A DNA stretch of 53,115 nt from positions 1 to 53,115 of the forward strand of contig JBHLPW010000035.1 in assembly GCA_048939015.1 (NCBI GenBank). Reading direction: 5' to 3'. The translations under genes and the position numbers were made by a program. Shown here piece after piece: positions 27,894 to 38,115 of the stretch (positions are counted from its first letter, which is position 1; each line of letters starts with the position of its first letter). The notes under the pieces were generated by a model that did not search any database, had not been told where the DNA came from, and saw nothing but the letters and a program-made list of their open reading frames with translations. Source of the stretch: Promethearchaeota archaeon. Lineage in GTDB: Archaea; Asgardarchaeota; Lokiarchaeia; Sigyniarchaeales; SOKP01.

Positions 27894-28451
27894 ATGGAGA
27901 ATAGACTTTTTACTACTTTCCCTTCTCCATTTGATACTTTTACTGTTATATGGAACGGAACGGGTTCTAAGCTAAAAGTGCAACGAATTTTTCTTAGTGA
28001 TCCAGATAAAAAGTCAGAAGAAAAAGCAAAAACCAAATATCCACAAATCAATCCTGGATCAAATTCTTCAATAACTTTCCTTGCTGACAAAATCCATAAT
28101 TTTTTAAAAGGGGAGGAGATTGAGTTTAGCGTGGATTTAGTTGATTTTAATTTATGCACAAAAATACAAGAGAAGGTTCTTAAAGCAGAATTTGAAATTC
28201 CACGAGGATGGATAAGTACATATAAACGAATTGCGAAAAAAATTGGTGTAATTAATGGAGCACGCGTAGTAGGAAATAGTTTGGCTAGAAATCCATTTCC
28301 AATTATTATTCCTTGCCATAGAGCAATAAAGTCAAATGGCGAACTTGGAGGATATCAAGGTGGCCTTAAAATGAAGCAAAAACTATTAGAAATGGAGGGG
28401 GTAGAGTTTTCAAGTAGAGGAAAAGTAATTACAGATAAAATTTATTTTTAA
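27894..28451 (+). CDS. ogt: Methylated-DNA--protein-cysteine S-methyltransferase
   Basis: IPRGWISTY, ARVVG, NPFPIIIPCHR, LGGY...KQKLLEMEG. Confidence 0.95.
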   Translation: MENRLFTTFPSPFDTFTVIWNGTGSKLKVQRIFLSDPDKKSEEKAKTKYPQINPGSNSSITFLADKIHNFLKGEEIEFSVDLVDFNLCTKIQEKVLKAEFEIPRGWISTYKRIAKKIGVINGARVVGNSLARNPFPIIIPCHRAIKSNGELGGYQGGLKMKQKLLEMEGVEFSSRGKVITDKIYF

Positions 28452-28469
28452 ATTTAAGGAGTTAAAAAA

Positions 28470-29156
28470 ATGAAAAGAATTGGAATCTTGGGGGGTATGT
28501 CTTACGAATCAACTATAAAGTATTATGATCTACTCCTTGAAAAGTATTACGAGAAATTTAATGATTATAATTATCCTGAAGTTTTAATATTTAGTGTAAA
28601 TTTTCAGAAGCTTATTGACCTTGAACTTGTAGAAAACAGAGAGAAATATATAGAATATTTAATGAGTTGTATTAACGCATTAGAAAATGGAGGAGCTACT
28701 TTTGTAGCAATGGCGGCAAATTCTCCCCATGCTGTATACAATGATTTGGAGAATAAATCAGGAATACCTATTTTGAGTATCGTGAAGGCTACAGCTGATA
28801 TGGCTTTGAAAAACAGTATGAAGAAAGTATTACTTCTGGGAATAAAATTTACGATGCAAAACACTTTTTACCAAGAACATTGCAAAGAGCTGGGAATTGA
28901 GGTTATAACGCCATCTAATGCAAAGCAGGATGAAATAGATAAGATAATATTTGATGAACTAGTAATTGGCTTCTTCAAGCAAGAATCAAAAGAAAAATTA
29001 CTCCAGATTATTAATGAATACGATGTAGATGGTGTTATTTTAGGATGTACCGAATTACCGTTAATATTAAATCAAACGGATACAGAAATTAAACTCCTTG
29101 ATACATTAGAAATTCATGTCAATGCAATCTTAGACTATTACTTATCATTAGATTAG
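28470..29156 (+). CDS. Aspartate/glutamate racemase family protein
   Basis: IGILGGMS...ST, ILGCTELP; first catalytic site reads AANS. Confidence 0.92.
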   Translation: MKRIGILGGMSYESTIKYYDLLLEKYYEKFNDYNYPEVLIFSVNFQKLIDLELVENREKYIEYLMSCINALENGGATFVAMAANSPHAVYNDLENKSGIPILSIVKATADMALKNSMKKVLLLGIKFTMQNTFYQEHCKELGIEVITPSNAKQDEIDKIIFDELVIGFFKQESKEKLLQIINEYDVDGVILGCTELPLILNQTDTEIKLLDTLEIHVNAILDYYLSLD

Positions 29157-29246
29157 ATCTATGTAAGTTTTTTTAAGATTCAAATGCTATTTATCATAAT
29201 CACATTTTAGTGGTAATTTCTTATTGGACGCTTTCAACTAACTACT

Positions 29247-31490
29247 GTGAAATTCAAAGATTTAGCACCAATCATATTAGTCATGGTGTTACTTTTTCTA
29301 TCAACCGCATGCGCTAATATGCTTATCCCTAGTTATGCAGCAATCCAAGAAGAGTTTAACATTCCGCAAGCATTAATAGCTGTTCCTGATGCTTTCTTTG
29401 TTTTGATTAGTGCTTTTTTCGCATTACTCTGGGGTTATTACACAGACAGAATTAATAGAAAAGTAGTTATTTTAGCAGGAGCTTTTTCATGGACAATTGG
29501 AATGATTTTTACAGCAATTTCTGGTAGTTATCTCGTGCTAGTAATTTCTAGAGTTGCATGTGGTGCGGGTTTAGGATGTGTTTTACCAGTAGGATATTCA
29601 ATAATATCAGATGCTATACCTCCAGAAGAAAGATCAGGTTGGTTTGGAACTTTAGCAATCTTAAGTTCAATATCAAATGGAGCTGGTCAAGGATTATCTT
29701 CGTTCCTTGGACCAATATTAACATGGCGATTCCCTTTTATTTTACTTTCAGTAATAAGTGTGATTGTGGTCATTGTTCTCTTTTTTGTTAAGATTCCTCA
29801 ACGTGGAGCAAGTGAAGATGAATTATTAGAACTAATTGAATTAGATCTGGAATATAGTTATCGAATTTCAAAAGAAGATCTAAAAAGAATCGTGAGTAAA
29901 AAGTCAAATCGGTATTTGATAATTCAAGGCTTCTTTACCGTTATTCCTGGAACAGTTTTAGTTTATTTTACAACTTCAATGCTTACCCTTCAATTTTTTT
30001 TTCAAATTCCTCTAGAAATAAGACTTCAAACAGCCACAATATTTGCCGGTATGGTTGGTATTGGGTATATTTTGGGTAACAGTATTTTTGCTAGGTTGGG
30101 AGATATATTATTCCGTCGAAATAAAAAAAATCGAGCTAGATTAGCGACTATATGTTTAATCCTTTCAATACCATTTGCTCTTATATTACTTCTTTCTTTA
30201 CGACCTATAAATCCGGCAAGATTGAATATTATTTACCCTAGTCCAATTCCAACTGAAGAACTTTTTACATATATAATACGAACTATCGGAGAAATATTTG
30301 TAGCTTATCCTACTTACATCATATTCTTTATTTTTGCTTTAATGGCTTCGATGCTAGGGGCAGGACCTGTAGCAAATAGGAACGCTATAATGATAGACGT
30401 TAATATGCCTGAACATAAAGGTACAGCTGCTTCATTTTTTAAACTCTCAGAACAATTGAGTAAAGGAGTGACACTCTTAGTATCATATACACTTATTTCT
30501 ATTTTAGGAAGTATTTTCAATATGATATTTTTTAGTATATTTTTTTGGTTACCTGCCTCTATTTTCTGGCTATTGGCAAGTAGAAACGTGGAAGAGGACA
30601 TGAATTATAAATCAAGAATTTTATCAGAAAGAAAACAAGTTAGTTTAATCGATTATATTTTCGAGTTAGAAATTCAAATGGATAGAGCAATCCAAAAAGT
30701 TCAAGATTCTAAATATTATATACAAACAGATCAAGATCGATTTAATGAGTTATTGGATGATGCTTTGATAATTTATAAATTCTGTGAACGTGAAGGTACT
30801 AATCGGAGTATAACAAATATAGAGAAAAAAGCACATATCATGTATTTAAAAGTATTATTACTTAAACAAGAGACCAATAATATTCTCAGAGAATTATCAA
30901 ATCAAAGTATAGCACCTAAGGAAAAAAATCTCCTAAATAACGAAATAAGGCAAATTTATTATAGAATTGGTGAATGGGAAAAAAGTACATTTGGAAAGAT
31001 TCAAACCTATTATGAAGATGCTTATTTAAGAATTGTTGAAGCTCGATTAAATCAGAGAATTGACTTAATAAAAAGTCTAAGTAAAATCTCTGATGCAATT
31101 AAAACTTATGAACGTGTAAAATACTTATTAAATGAAAGACTTGAAATTGTAGATGAAACTCACAATTTATCTGAGGAGGAAACTATAGTACTTGATAAAG
31201 AAAAAGATTTATTTGATAAATGCGTTAAATCCTTAAATGCTACAATAAAACTCAAACAAGAAATTGAATTTACCTTGGATCAATTAGAAGAAAAAGGTAT
31301 TAATAGATTTGATTTACAGAAAGTCTCAGATCTTGCTCAAGAATATAAAGTAGATCTTAGCGACGTTATTGTTGATACATTTAAACAAGATGATGATACA
31401 AAAAATGCACTCATTGAAACCTTAGAAAAAATAGATGAAATCTTCAATCAATATGAACAATGGAAAGAAGTAGATCTTAAAGTTTTTTAA
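29247..31490 (+). CDS. MFS transporter fused to a ~290-aa soluble helical C-terminal domain
   Basis: WGYYTDRINRK motif A, IISDAIPPEERS, LGDILFRRNKKNR; charged helical region after the last TM. Confidence 0.9.
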   Translation: MKFKDLAPIILVMVLLFLSTACANMLIPSYAAIQEEFNIPQALIAVPDAFFVLISAFFALLWGYYTDRINRKVVILAGAFSWTIGMIFTAISGSYLVLVISRVACGAGLGCVLPVGYSIISDAIPPEERSGWFGTLAILSSISNGAGQGLSSFLGPILTWRFPFILLSVISVIVVIVLFFVKIPQRGASEDELLELIELDLEYSYRISKEDLKRIVSKKSNRYLIIQGFFTVIPGTVLVYFTTSMLTLQFFFQIPLEIRLQTATIFAGMVGIGYILGNSIFARLGDILFRRNKKNRARLATICLILSIPFALILLLSLRPINPARLNIIYPSPIPTEELFTYIIRTIGEIFVAYPTYIIFFIFALMASMLGAGPVANRNAIMIDVNMPEHKGTAASFFKLSEQLSKGVTLLVSYTLISILGSIFNMIFFSIFFWLPASIFWLLASRNVEEDMNYKSRILSERKQVSLIDYIFELEIQMDRAIQKVQDSKYYIQTDQDRFNELLDDALIIYKFCEREGTNRSITNIEKKAHIMYLKVLLLKQETNNILRELSNQSIAPKEKNLLNNEIRQIYYRIGEWEKSTFGKIQTYYEDAYLRIVEARLNQRIDLIKSLSKISDAIKTYERVKYLLNERLEIVDETHNLSEEETIVLDKEKDLFDKCVKSLNATIKLKQEIEFTLDQLEEKGINRFDLQKVSDLAQEYKVDLSDVIVDTFKQDDDTKNALIETLEKIDEIFNQYEQWKEVDLKVF

Positions 31491-31495
31491 AATGA

Positions 31496-31762
31496 TTAAT
31501 TATTTATTTCACATTTTAGTAGTTCTAGCATTTCGGACCTTTCAAACTCAGTAAGGTCGTATGTTGTTTTACCCTTATTAAATGCATAATCAGGGGGTTT
31601 TGGATTAAAACATAAATTAATTAATAATATCAAACAATTTCGGACTCGTATTGCATTTGAAATCTCTTTATCTAGATCCTGCATTAATTTAATTAGAACC
31701 TGATACTTCTTTATCTCACTATTTTCACAGACTTCCAATATTTTATCTACACAATCAGCCAT
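31496..31762 (-). CDS. Hypothetical protein
   Basis: 88 aa ORF converging tightly on the MFS gene. Confidence 0.6.
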   Translation of the reverse strand: MADCVDKILEVCENSEIKKYQVLIKLMQDLDKEISNAIRVRNCLILLINLCFNPKPPDYAFNKGKTTYDLTEFERSEMLELLKCEINN

Positions 31763-31892
31763 ATTGAAAATAAAATCTTTTAATCTATACCCACTTATGC
31801 GTTAGTTAAGCAATTACATAACGAATCAGATATTTAATTGTATTTATTGTCTCTTTTCTCATAGGAAAAAAGGTAGATAAGATTTTAATATT

Positions 31893-32171
31893 TCAGAAAG
31901 GATCTTTTATCTCAACAAATAAGATTCCCATTCTTTTAGGGAAAATTCCAATTCGATCCTCTTCTTTTAATTCTTTTTCTAAGCCAGAATATTTATTATT
32001 AATGAAAATATGACTTATTTCTTCTTTTTTTATACTTAATTTATCCAAAATATCTAATACATTTTTGATATTATTGAGTTCAATCCTTAATCTATTGGTA
32101 TCTCTATTATAACTTGGCAGATCATGTAATTTAGTCTTTAAATCTCCATATAATTTAATAAGAAGTGCCAT
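31893..32171 (-). CDS. MoaD/ThiS-like beta-grasp (ubiquitin-like) protein lacking C-terminal GG
   Basis: IKLYGDL...NVLDILDKLSI...IFINN...LKEEDRIGIFP; ends KRMGILFVEIKDPF. Confidence 0.8.
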   Translation of the reverse strand: MALLIKLYGDLKTKLHDLPSYNRDTNRLRIELNNIKNVLDILDKLSIKKEEISHIFINNKYSGLEKELKEEDRIGIFPKRMGILFVEIKDPF

Positions 32172-32310
32172 TTAATTTCAACCTTGAAAAATGAACAAAT
32201 TTAAAGTAATAAGTAATAAAGAAATATTATCTTATGAATAAAACAAGCCAGTTCTAATATAAATCTTCCTTTTATAGTTAAAAAGAAGCTGAAAAAGAGT
32301 TTTTTTATTA

Positions 32311-32859
32311 TTATACCTCTATACTTTCAACAAATGTGTCAATAGCCTGTTCTAGATCAATTATATCTTCTACATCCTTAATTTCTGAACTTGCAAGTTT
32401 ACTAAGGAACTCTTTTAGAATTTTTTCTTTTGACTTATCTGTAGGAAATAAAAGACTGCTCTTATAATGTTCCCAGTCTAGAATATTAGTGAACACTAAA
32501 AAAAGTATTTCAACGTGAGAATAATCAACCATCTCTTGAAACTTTTCTTTAGTAATCATTACCTTAGTATGATCTGTATAGAAATCTGATAAATCATCAT
32601 AATAATTAGTTAATCGAGCTATATTATCTAATTGAGTACGAAGTGCTGCTTGGTTAATGGGACTATCTTCATCTCTGTACATAATATCAAAATATGTATT
32701 TATAAAGTCCTTTAACTTCTGCAACTTTTGTTGGAAGACACGAGTTTTCACAATACGCTCAAACATAGGTGATTCCTTGTATCGGTAAAATTTTAATTCG
32801 AATTTAACGATATCTAAAATATCAAAAAATAACTCTCTAATATCAATCTCTTCTTCCAT
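32311..32859 (-). CDS. Hypothetical acidic helical protein
   Basis: 182 aa; strong GAGGAGG RBS. Confidence 0.75.
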   Translation of the reverse strand: MEEEIDIRELFFDILDIVKFELKFYRYKESPMFERIVKTRVFQQKLQKLKDFINTYFDIMYRDEDSPINQAALRTQLDNIARLTNYYDDLSDFYTDHTKVMITKEKFQEMVDYSHVEILFLVFTNILDWEHYKSSLLFPTDKSKEKILKEFLSKLASSEIKDVEDIIDLEQAIDTFVESIEV

Positions 32860-33016
32860 ACTTTCCTCCTCAGCTTTAGATTCTTTCTTATTTCTTTAGC
32901 AGTTGGAAAATTATATTCATTAATAATACAATTCTAAATAAATTTACCAGTATTTATATTTTTATTTTTAGAATAGTAAAATTTATTTTCATTTCATTTA
33001 AATTAATAAAATTTTA

Positions 33017-34006
33017 TTAAAACTTTATTGGAAATGTATGATCTGGAATGGCGGGTTCTATTTGTCTAGATGGAATTTTATATTTTTCTATTCTTTTAAC
33101 TAATTTCTTAAAGGATATGGCTTTTGTGTGAATTTTAATGATTCTTATAGGACACCGAATCATAAAATTCATGTCATTACAAGGAGATCTTCTTAATTGC
33201 AGAAAGTTTGAATAGAATTTTCGTGCTTTATTTTGCCATTTTTGTTTTTCAAAGGATATGAATCGCTCCGTAATGTTCTTTAAATCTTCTGAATCTCGGT
33301 AACAGTAATAATTTGATGCTTTTAAAGCCCATTTTATTGCTTCCAATTGATATTTAGTTGGATTTAGATTTTTAAGGAATGATATTGTTAAAGAAAAAAG
33401 GGAGATCATAAGATTCATAACTGTACTTCTAAGCATTTCTGGAAACGATATTTGGATGCGAGGTCTAATTTTCTCTCGTAAATCAACTCCATATAATATT
33501 GAACTATTTATCAGGACATTTCCAAGTACTATTTTCCTGGGAGCAAAAATTGAGGAGAAGACTTTATTCACTCTAAAAATTTTATGAAATATAACATCTT
33601 CCCAGTACTTCCTTTTAGTCAAAAAATGACTCATAAAAATACCAGTGGTTTGGCTGATTACTCCTAAAACTTTTTTAGAAAAATGATCACTAAATTCTCT
33701 AAAATTATGTTTGATTTCTAAAGCAATGAAATACTTCTCAATTTCTTTTATATGATGATTTGAAACTCTGTCTTTAAAGATAATTAGTAAATCACAATCA
33801 GATACCTTCGTTACATCTCCTTTATTTCTAGCTCTTTGGCTTCCAAACAATAAAATTGATAAGACTTTATTGACGCCTATCTCTTTATTAATCAGCGTAA
33901 TAATATCCTTCACATAATTGCGTGATTGGATATTTATTCCATTTAGTTTAGTGGAAATTGTCTCCTTAATCTTCTTATTACTCTCAATACTACGAGTTTT
34001 TAGCAC
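33017..34006 (-). CDS. Pol-beta superfamily nucleotidyltransferase domain protein
   Basis: SILLFGS-x12-SDCDLLII motif followed by a helical C-terminal region. Confidence 0.8.
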   Translation of the reverse strand: MLKTRSIESNKKIKETISTKLNGINIQSRNYVKDIITLINKEIGVNKVLSILLFGSQRARNKGDVTKVSDCDLLIIFKDRVSNHHIKEIEKYFIALEIKHNFREFSDHFSKKVLGVISQTTGIFMSHFLTKRKYWEDVIFHKIFRVNKVFSSIFAPRKIVLGNVLINSSILYGVDLREKIRPRIQISFPEMLRSTVMNLMISLFSLTISFLKNLNPTKYQLEAIKWALKASNYYCYRDSEDLKNITERFISFEKQKWQNKARKFYSNFLQLRRSPCNDMNFMIRCPIRIIKIHTKAISFKKLVKRIEKYKIPSRQIEPAIPDHTFPIKF

Positions 34007-34111
34007 TATTAATCATTTAGTTGGCTTTAATATAAAATAGTTCGTATTTATTTTTGTTAAATAATTTAAATCCAATTTTAAATAAAATAATCAAATTTCT
34101 ATTGAAAATTC

Positions 34112-34912
34112 TTAACGAAAATATGAATCTGTTCCTCTTTCATCATGTGGTGGCTTCATAAACTGATCTGCTTGTTTTTTAAAAGACTCAAAAATACTTT
34201 CCATTTCTTTTATTTTTTCATTCAATTTACTAAAATCCATATCAATAGAAAAATATTCTTTTAATAATGTGACTAACGCCTTGGAACTACGTGGATCCAA
34301 CGTCATCATTGGCATTGGTAAAGTTTCTGCGAGTAAACAAATCCCTGGAGCAAAATTATTTGCTCCTGCCCAAGCTGGAAGGATTCCATTAGCTCCGGAT
34401 ATATACCCACCCTCATATATTTTAGTATTTTCTAATTCTAAAAATGTTTGTACTAAATCCTGATCAGTTCCACACACATAAACTACTGGTGTATCATGTA
34501 TAACATCAGAAATCATAGCACCAGTACTTACATACATTCTAATATTTCCACCAGTTAATCTATCCATTTCTTCGCAAAAGGTTTTCGAGAATTCAAATAC
34601 GCCCTTAGGATTCTGTGGTTGATAACTTGCAGTTAAAATGAAAAAATCATTTCCATCTTCTTTATCTGTTGGTTTATAATATAATTTTGCTGAAGGTAGT
34701 TCTAATGAACCTTTTTCTACCACGGATTTAGAAGGAAAATCAAAATATTGAATATTCAATAATTCCTTTGCTCTTAAGGATTCTTGTATTGACGTGATGG
34801 CTAGTTTGGCAACTAAAGCAATTCCAGGCCATCCTATCAAAACAACGGGATTATTTAGGTTTTCTTTTTCAATTTCAAACTTTTTCTCAATATTAATATA
34901 CAATTTAAACAC
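34112..34912 (-). CDS. PAC2-family proteasome assembly chaperone
   Basis: PVVLIGWPGIALVAKLA, YQP, ISGANGIL, GICLLAET, DPRSSKALV. Confidence 0.9.
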   Translation of the reverse strand: MFKLYINIEKKFEIEKENLNNPVVLIGWPGIALVAKLAITSIQESLRAKELLNIQYFDFPSKSVVEKGSLELPSAKLYYKPTDKEDGNDFFILTASYQPQNPKGVFEFSKTFCEEMDRLTGGNIRMYVSTGAMISDVIHDTPVVYVCGTDQDLVQTFLELENTKIYEGGYISGANGILPAWAGANNFAPGICLLAETLPMPMMTLDPRSSKALVTLLKEYFSIDMDFSKLNEKIKEMESIFESFKKQADQFMKPPHDERGTDSYFR

Positions 34913-34924
34913 CTTTGGAGTAAA

Positions 34925-35992
34925 TCAATCTTGAATAAACGAAAGAGTTTCGCCACATTTTGGACAGAACTTTTTTGGACTCTTTATCAAAACACCACAA
35001 TATGGACAATAGAAACCACCTTCTAGTTTTATTTCACTTATGGCTGAAGATTCTTTATTTTCACTAATATTAAAAGATTCTTGATATATTTCCCTTTTGG
35101 GATAATATTCTTGGTAGTATCCTGTTTTTAATATTCTTCTTGCCCTTAATGAGGAAAATAATGAAGTTAATAAACAAATGAAAAGTGGAGCGAAAATTAT
35201 ATCTATAGTACTATTAATTATTTGATATAAAATTAACATGCCATAATTTCTATAAGCTGGACTACTCCACATACTCAATTTAATCATGAATGATGTGGAA
35301 TTTGTATTAAATATAATGCTTGTTAATGAATTATAGAAATAACTAATTATAAAAATTACGATTACATTTATGAGAAAAACTCCAATAATTTTCCAAAAAC
35401 CACCTTTAGCAATGGCACGAGCTTCTGCAATTGGCTTTTCTACATCTTCTATATTGAATGTAAAAACTAAAAATATGAAAAAGCCAAATATTATTATTGC
35501 TGGAATAAATAAAAGGAATGATATAGGTAAAAGGATTCCAAGGAATAAGACCACAATAAATATTCTTTTATTAAATGATGTCTTTAGAGATTTTATAAAA
35601 CTTATTTTTTCTCCCATATATCTTTTAAAAGTGTAATTACTGACTGAACACATTGCTATCGCAATGACTATTGCACCTATTAAATTTTGCAGGAAGAGTA
35701 AAGCTAACGTCATTAAAAGGAAGCCAGCTAGTATATTTAATTCACTCTCTGTGAGAGATTCATTTTCAATAAATTTATCAAGGACTTCATCAACAGCTAT
35801 TCCCATTGAATCGATAGACCAAGTCAGATCCGTCAATAATAAAACATTTAATACAATTAATACTATTTGAAAAACCGCCAGCGGGATGATTAATGTTCCA
35901 TAAGTTTGAAAAAATAATTTAAACCCACTTGAAAGAATATCACCGTAACTCTTATTCGCAAGGTCTATCAGTTTTTGTGAATTTTTTTCCAT
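34925..35992 (-). CDS. Membrane protein with C-terminal zinc ribbon
   Basis: About five to six TM segments; CPYCG...KFCPKCG at the C-terminus; 12 nt upstream of PAC2. Confidence 0.85.
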   Translation of the reverse strand: MEKNSQKLIDLANKSYGDILSSGFKLFFQTYGTLIIPLAVFQIVLIVLNVLLLTDLTWSIDSMGIAVDEVLDKFIENESLTESELNILAGFLLMTLALLFLQNLIGAIVIAIAMCSVSNYTFKRYMGEKISFIKSLKTSFNKRIFIVVLFLGILLPISFLLFIPAIIIFGFFIFLVFTFNIEDVEKPIAEARAIAKGGFWKIIGVFLINVIVIFIISYFYNSLTSIIFNTNSTSFMIKLSMWSSPAYRNYGMLILYQIINSTIDIIFAPLFICLLTSLFSSLRARRILKTGYYQEYYPKREIYQESFNISENKESSAISEIKLEGGFYCPYCGVLIKSPKKFCPKCGETLSFIQD

Positions 35993-36135
35993 ATTCCTTA
36001 TAAAAGAATGTTTTGTTTTTATAATATATAGTAAATCTATACATAAAGATATAATTGTATCAAATTATTCAATACATTAGAAAGAAATTTTTCAATTAAG
36101 TATTTTCAATTACAGGATTTTCATCTAATTATTTC

Positions 36136-38022
36136 ATGTTTGTGAAAAAGCAACAGAGTCGCCAAATTCCAGGAATCATATCATACATGGAGCTGTTTTC
36201 ATCAAAAAGATTAGCCTATTCTATCTTTTTTGGAACACCTATCACTTTAGGTTTAATTTCATTACTTTTAAATTATTTTTTGATAAAGAGGTATTTAGAC
36301 ATTCTCCATTTCATTCGTTTTGCGTTTCTTTTTCTATTAACTTCTGGGCTAGGTACTTTATTTTCTATGAGTTTCTATTCCCGGAGGTCACCTATTTTAA
36401 AAGCACCTCCAACAGGATGGTCAATTCAAATGAATGCTTTTTTTAGTGTAATTATAGAAATTACATTTATTTTTGGTCAGATTATCGCAATACTAGTAAA
36501 TAATATCAGAATGCAGGAGATGTTTCTCATTTTAGGAACTATTCTCTCATATATAGTTGCATTCGTTATATATTTCTCTTTCACTACTGTAGGGCGTAGT
36601 GGGAATATTATCTTAGCTTTAGTCCAACCATTCACAGCTATTTTTACCTATAGTTTATATACTGGGCAGTTTAAAATTGATTTCTTTGTTAGAGCTATGA
36701 TTTTTTTTGTAATTTGTGCTCTTGTGTTTGCAATCCCTTATAGAAATAGATTATTCAAAGTAAGTAATATATATCGTGTTGCAACAGGAATGAGAGGTTA
36801 TCCATTCATTAGGGCGTTTATTCTTTCTATGATGACTGAGGGTAACGATAATCTTATTGAACATTTTTTTGATGACGTTGGTATCGATTCTGAAGTGAAA
36901 ATTCAATATCTGTTAATCCGAGGTAAAAAATCAAAAAATTTGAAAGGGTTATTTATTGTCCCAAACATTCATTTTGGTCCTTTTAAGACATGTGGTTCTT
37001 CTGATTTGCCAGAATATATTTATAGGCTTTTTTCAGATGTTCCAGGTACAACGGTTTATCATACAACTAATAATCATGCACATAACTTAACATCTCAACA
37101 TGAAGTAGATAAGGTATTTAGCCATATTAAAACGGATATTGAAAGTATTATGGCAAATAAATCGTTAGAATGGAATTCAGAAGTTGTTGATTTTTCAAGA
37201 AAAATCTCAAATTCTGCTAAACTTATTGGAATGATTGTTGACAAAATACCTATAGTTTTTTTGACCAGACATCCATTACCTTCTGATGATATTCAAATTG
37301 AAGTTGGAGATGATATACGAGCTATAGCAAGAAAAGAAGGTTTTAATGATGTGATTGTTGTCGATTCTCATAACTCTATTATTGGAGAGGAAATCCTCAT
37401 AAAAAGGAACTCCATTGAAGCAAAAGATTTAATTAATGTTTCAGAGAGATTTATTATAAAAAATAAGCCTGATGTTACTCAAAAAACAAATCTATTATAT
37501 GGTGTAGCAAAGGATCCAATAAAGGAATTTTCTGAGAAAGATGGAATTGGATATGGAGGGATTGTAGTTCACATGTTTAAAAATACATTAAACAACCAGA
37601 AAACTGTTTTGATTCATTTCGATGGCAATAATGCTTTCTTAGAAATCAGATCATTTATCCTAAATATGCTACAAAATAAGGGGATTGAAAAGGGAGAAAT
37701 AACCACTTCTGATTCACATACGGTTGCTAGACAATTTTCTAATAGAGGTTACTCGCCTATAGGTGATAAAATTCAGATTGATTTTATACTAGACAAATTA
37801 AATAGTTTACTAGATGCAGCAGAAAGAGATATGGAACCAGTAGAATTTTATTATAAGGATTCATTTAAAAATGTTAGAATATGGGGAGATCCTGACTATT
37901 TCAATGTTATTCTTGATACTCTTAAAGAATGCATTAAAGTATCTCAGAGTTTATTGACAATTAGTTTAATTGCTCCCACATTTTTCTCTTTAATACTATT
38001 AATATTTTTGTATTATATTTAG
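36136..38022 (+). CDS. DUF2070-family membrane protein
   Basis: N-terminal TMs; IHFGPF...GSSDLP, HAHN, VDSHN, DGNN, TSDSH; C-terminal TM. Confidence 0.88.
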   Translation: MFVKKQQSRQIPGIISYMELFSSKRLAYSIFFGTPITLGLISLLLNYFLIKRYLDILHFIRFAFLFLLTSGLGTLFSMSFYSRRSPILKAPPTGWSIQMNAFFSVIIEITFIFGQIIAILVNNIRMQEMFLILGTILSYIVAFVIYFSFTTVGRSGNIILALVQPFTAIFTYSLYTGQFKIDFFVRAMIFFVICALVFAIPYRNRLFKVSNIYRVATGMRGYPFIRAFILSMMTEGNDNLIEHFFDDVGIDSEVKIQYLLIRGKKSKNLKGLFIVPNIHFGPFKTCGSSDLPEYIYRLFSDVPGTTVYHTTNNHAHNLTSQHEVDKVFSHIKTDIESIMANKSLEWNSEVVDFSRKISNSAKLIGMIVDKIPIVFLTRHPLPSDDIQIEVGDDIRAIARKEGFNDVIVVDSHNSIIGEEILIKRNSIEAKDLINVSERFIIKNKPDVTQKTNLLYGVAKDPIKEFSEKDGIGYGGIVVHMFKNTLNNQKTVLIHFDGNNAFLEIRSFILNMLQNKGIEKGEITTSDSHTVARQFSNRGYSPIGDKIQIDFILDKLNSLLDAAERDMEPVEFYYKDSFKNVRIWGDPDYFNVILDTLKECIKVSQSLLTISLIAPTFFSLILLIFLYYI

Positions 38023-38115
38023 ATTTCTGACTAATATTTTAAATTAAAAAGTTTGAATATTTATATAATCCAACCTCTTAATTTTTATTTATAACACAAA
38101 AAAATGATGTAAAAT

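Noticed and set aside
33017-34006. Nucleotidyltransferase as a CBASS/cGAS-like defence cyclase
   Set aside because: Only the generic GS...DxD motif is visible, with no recognisable effector, E1-E2, JAB or HORMA genes beside it.
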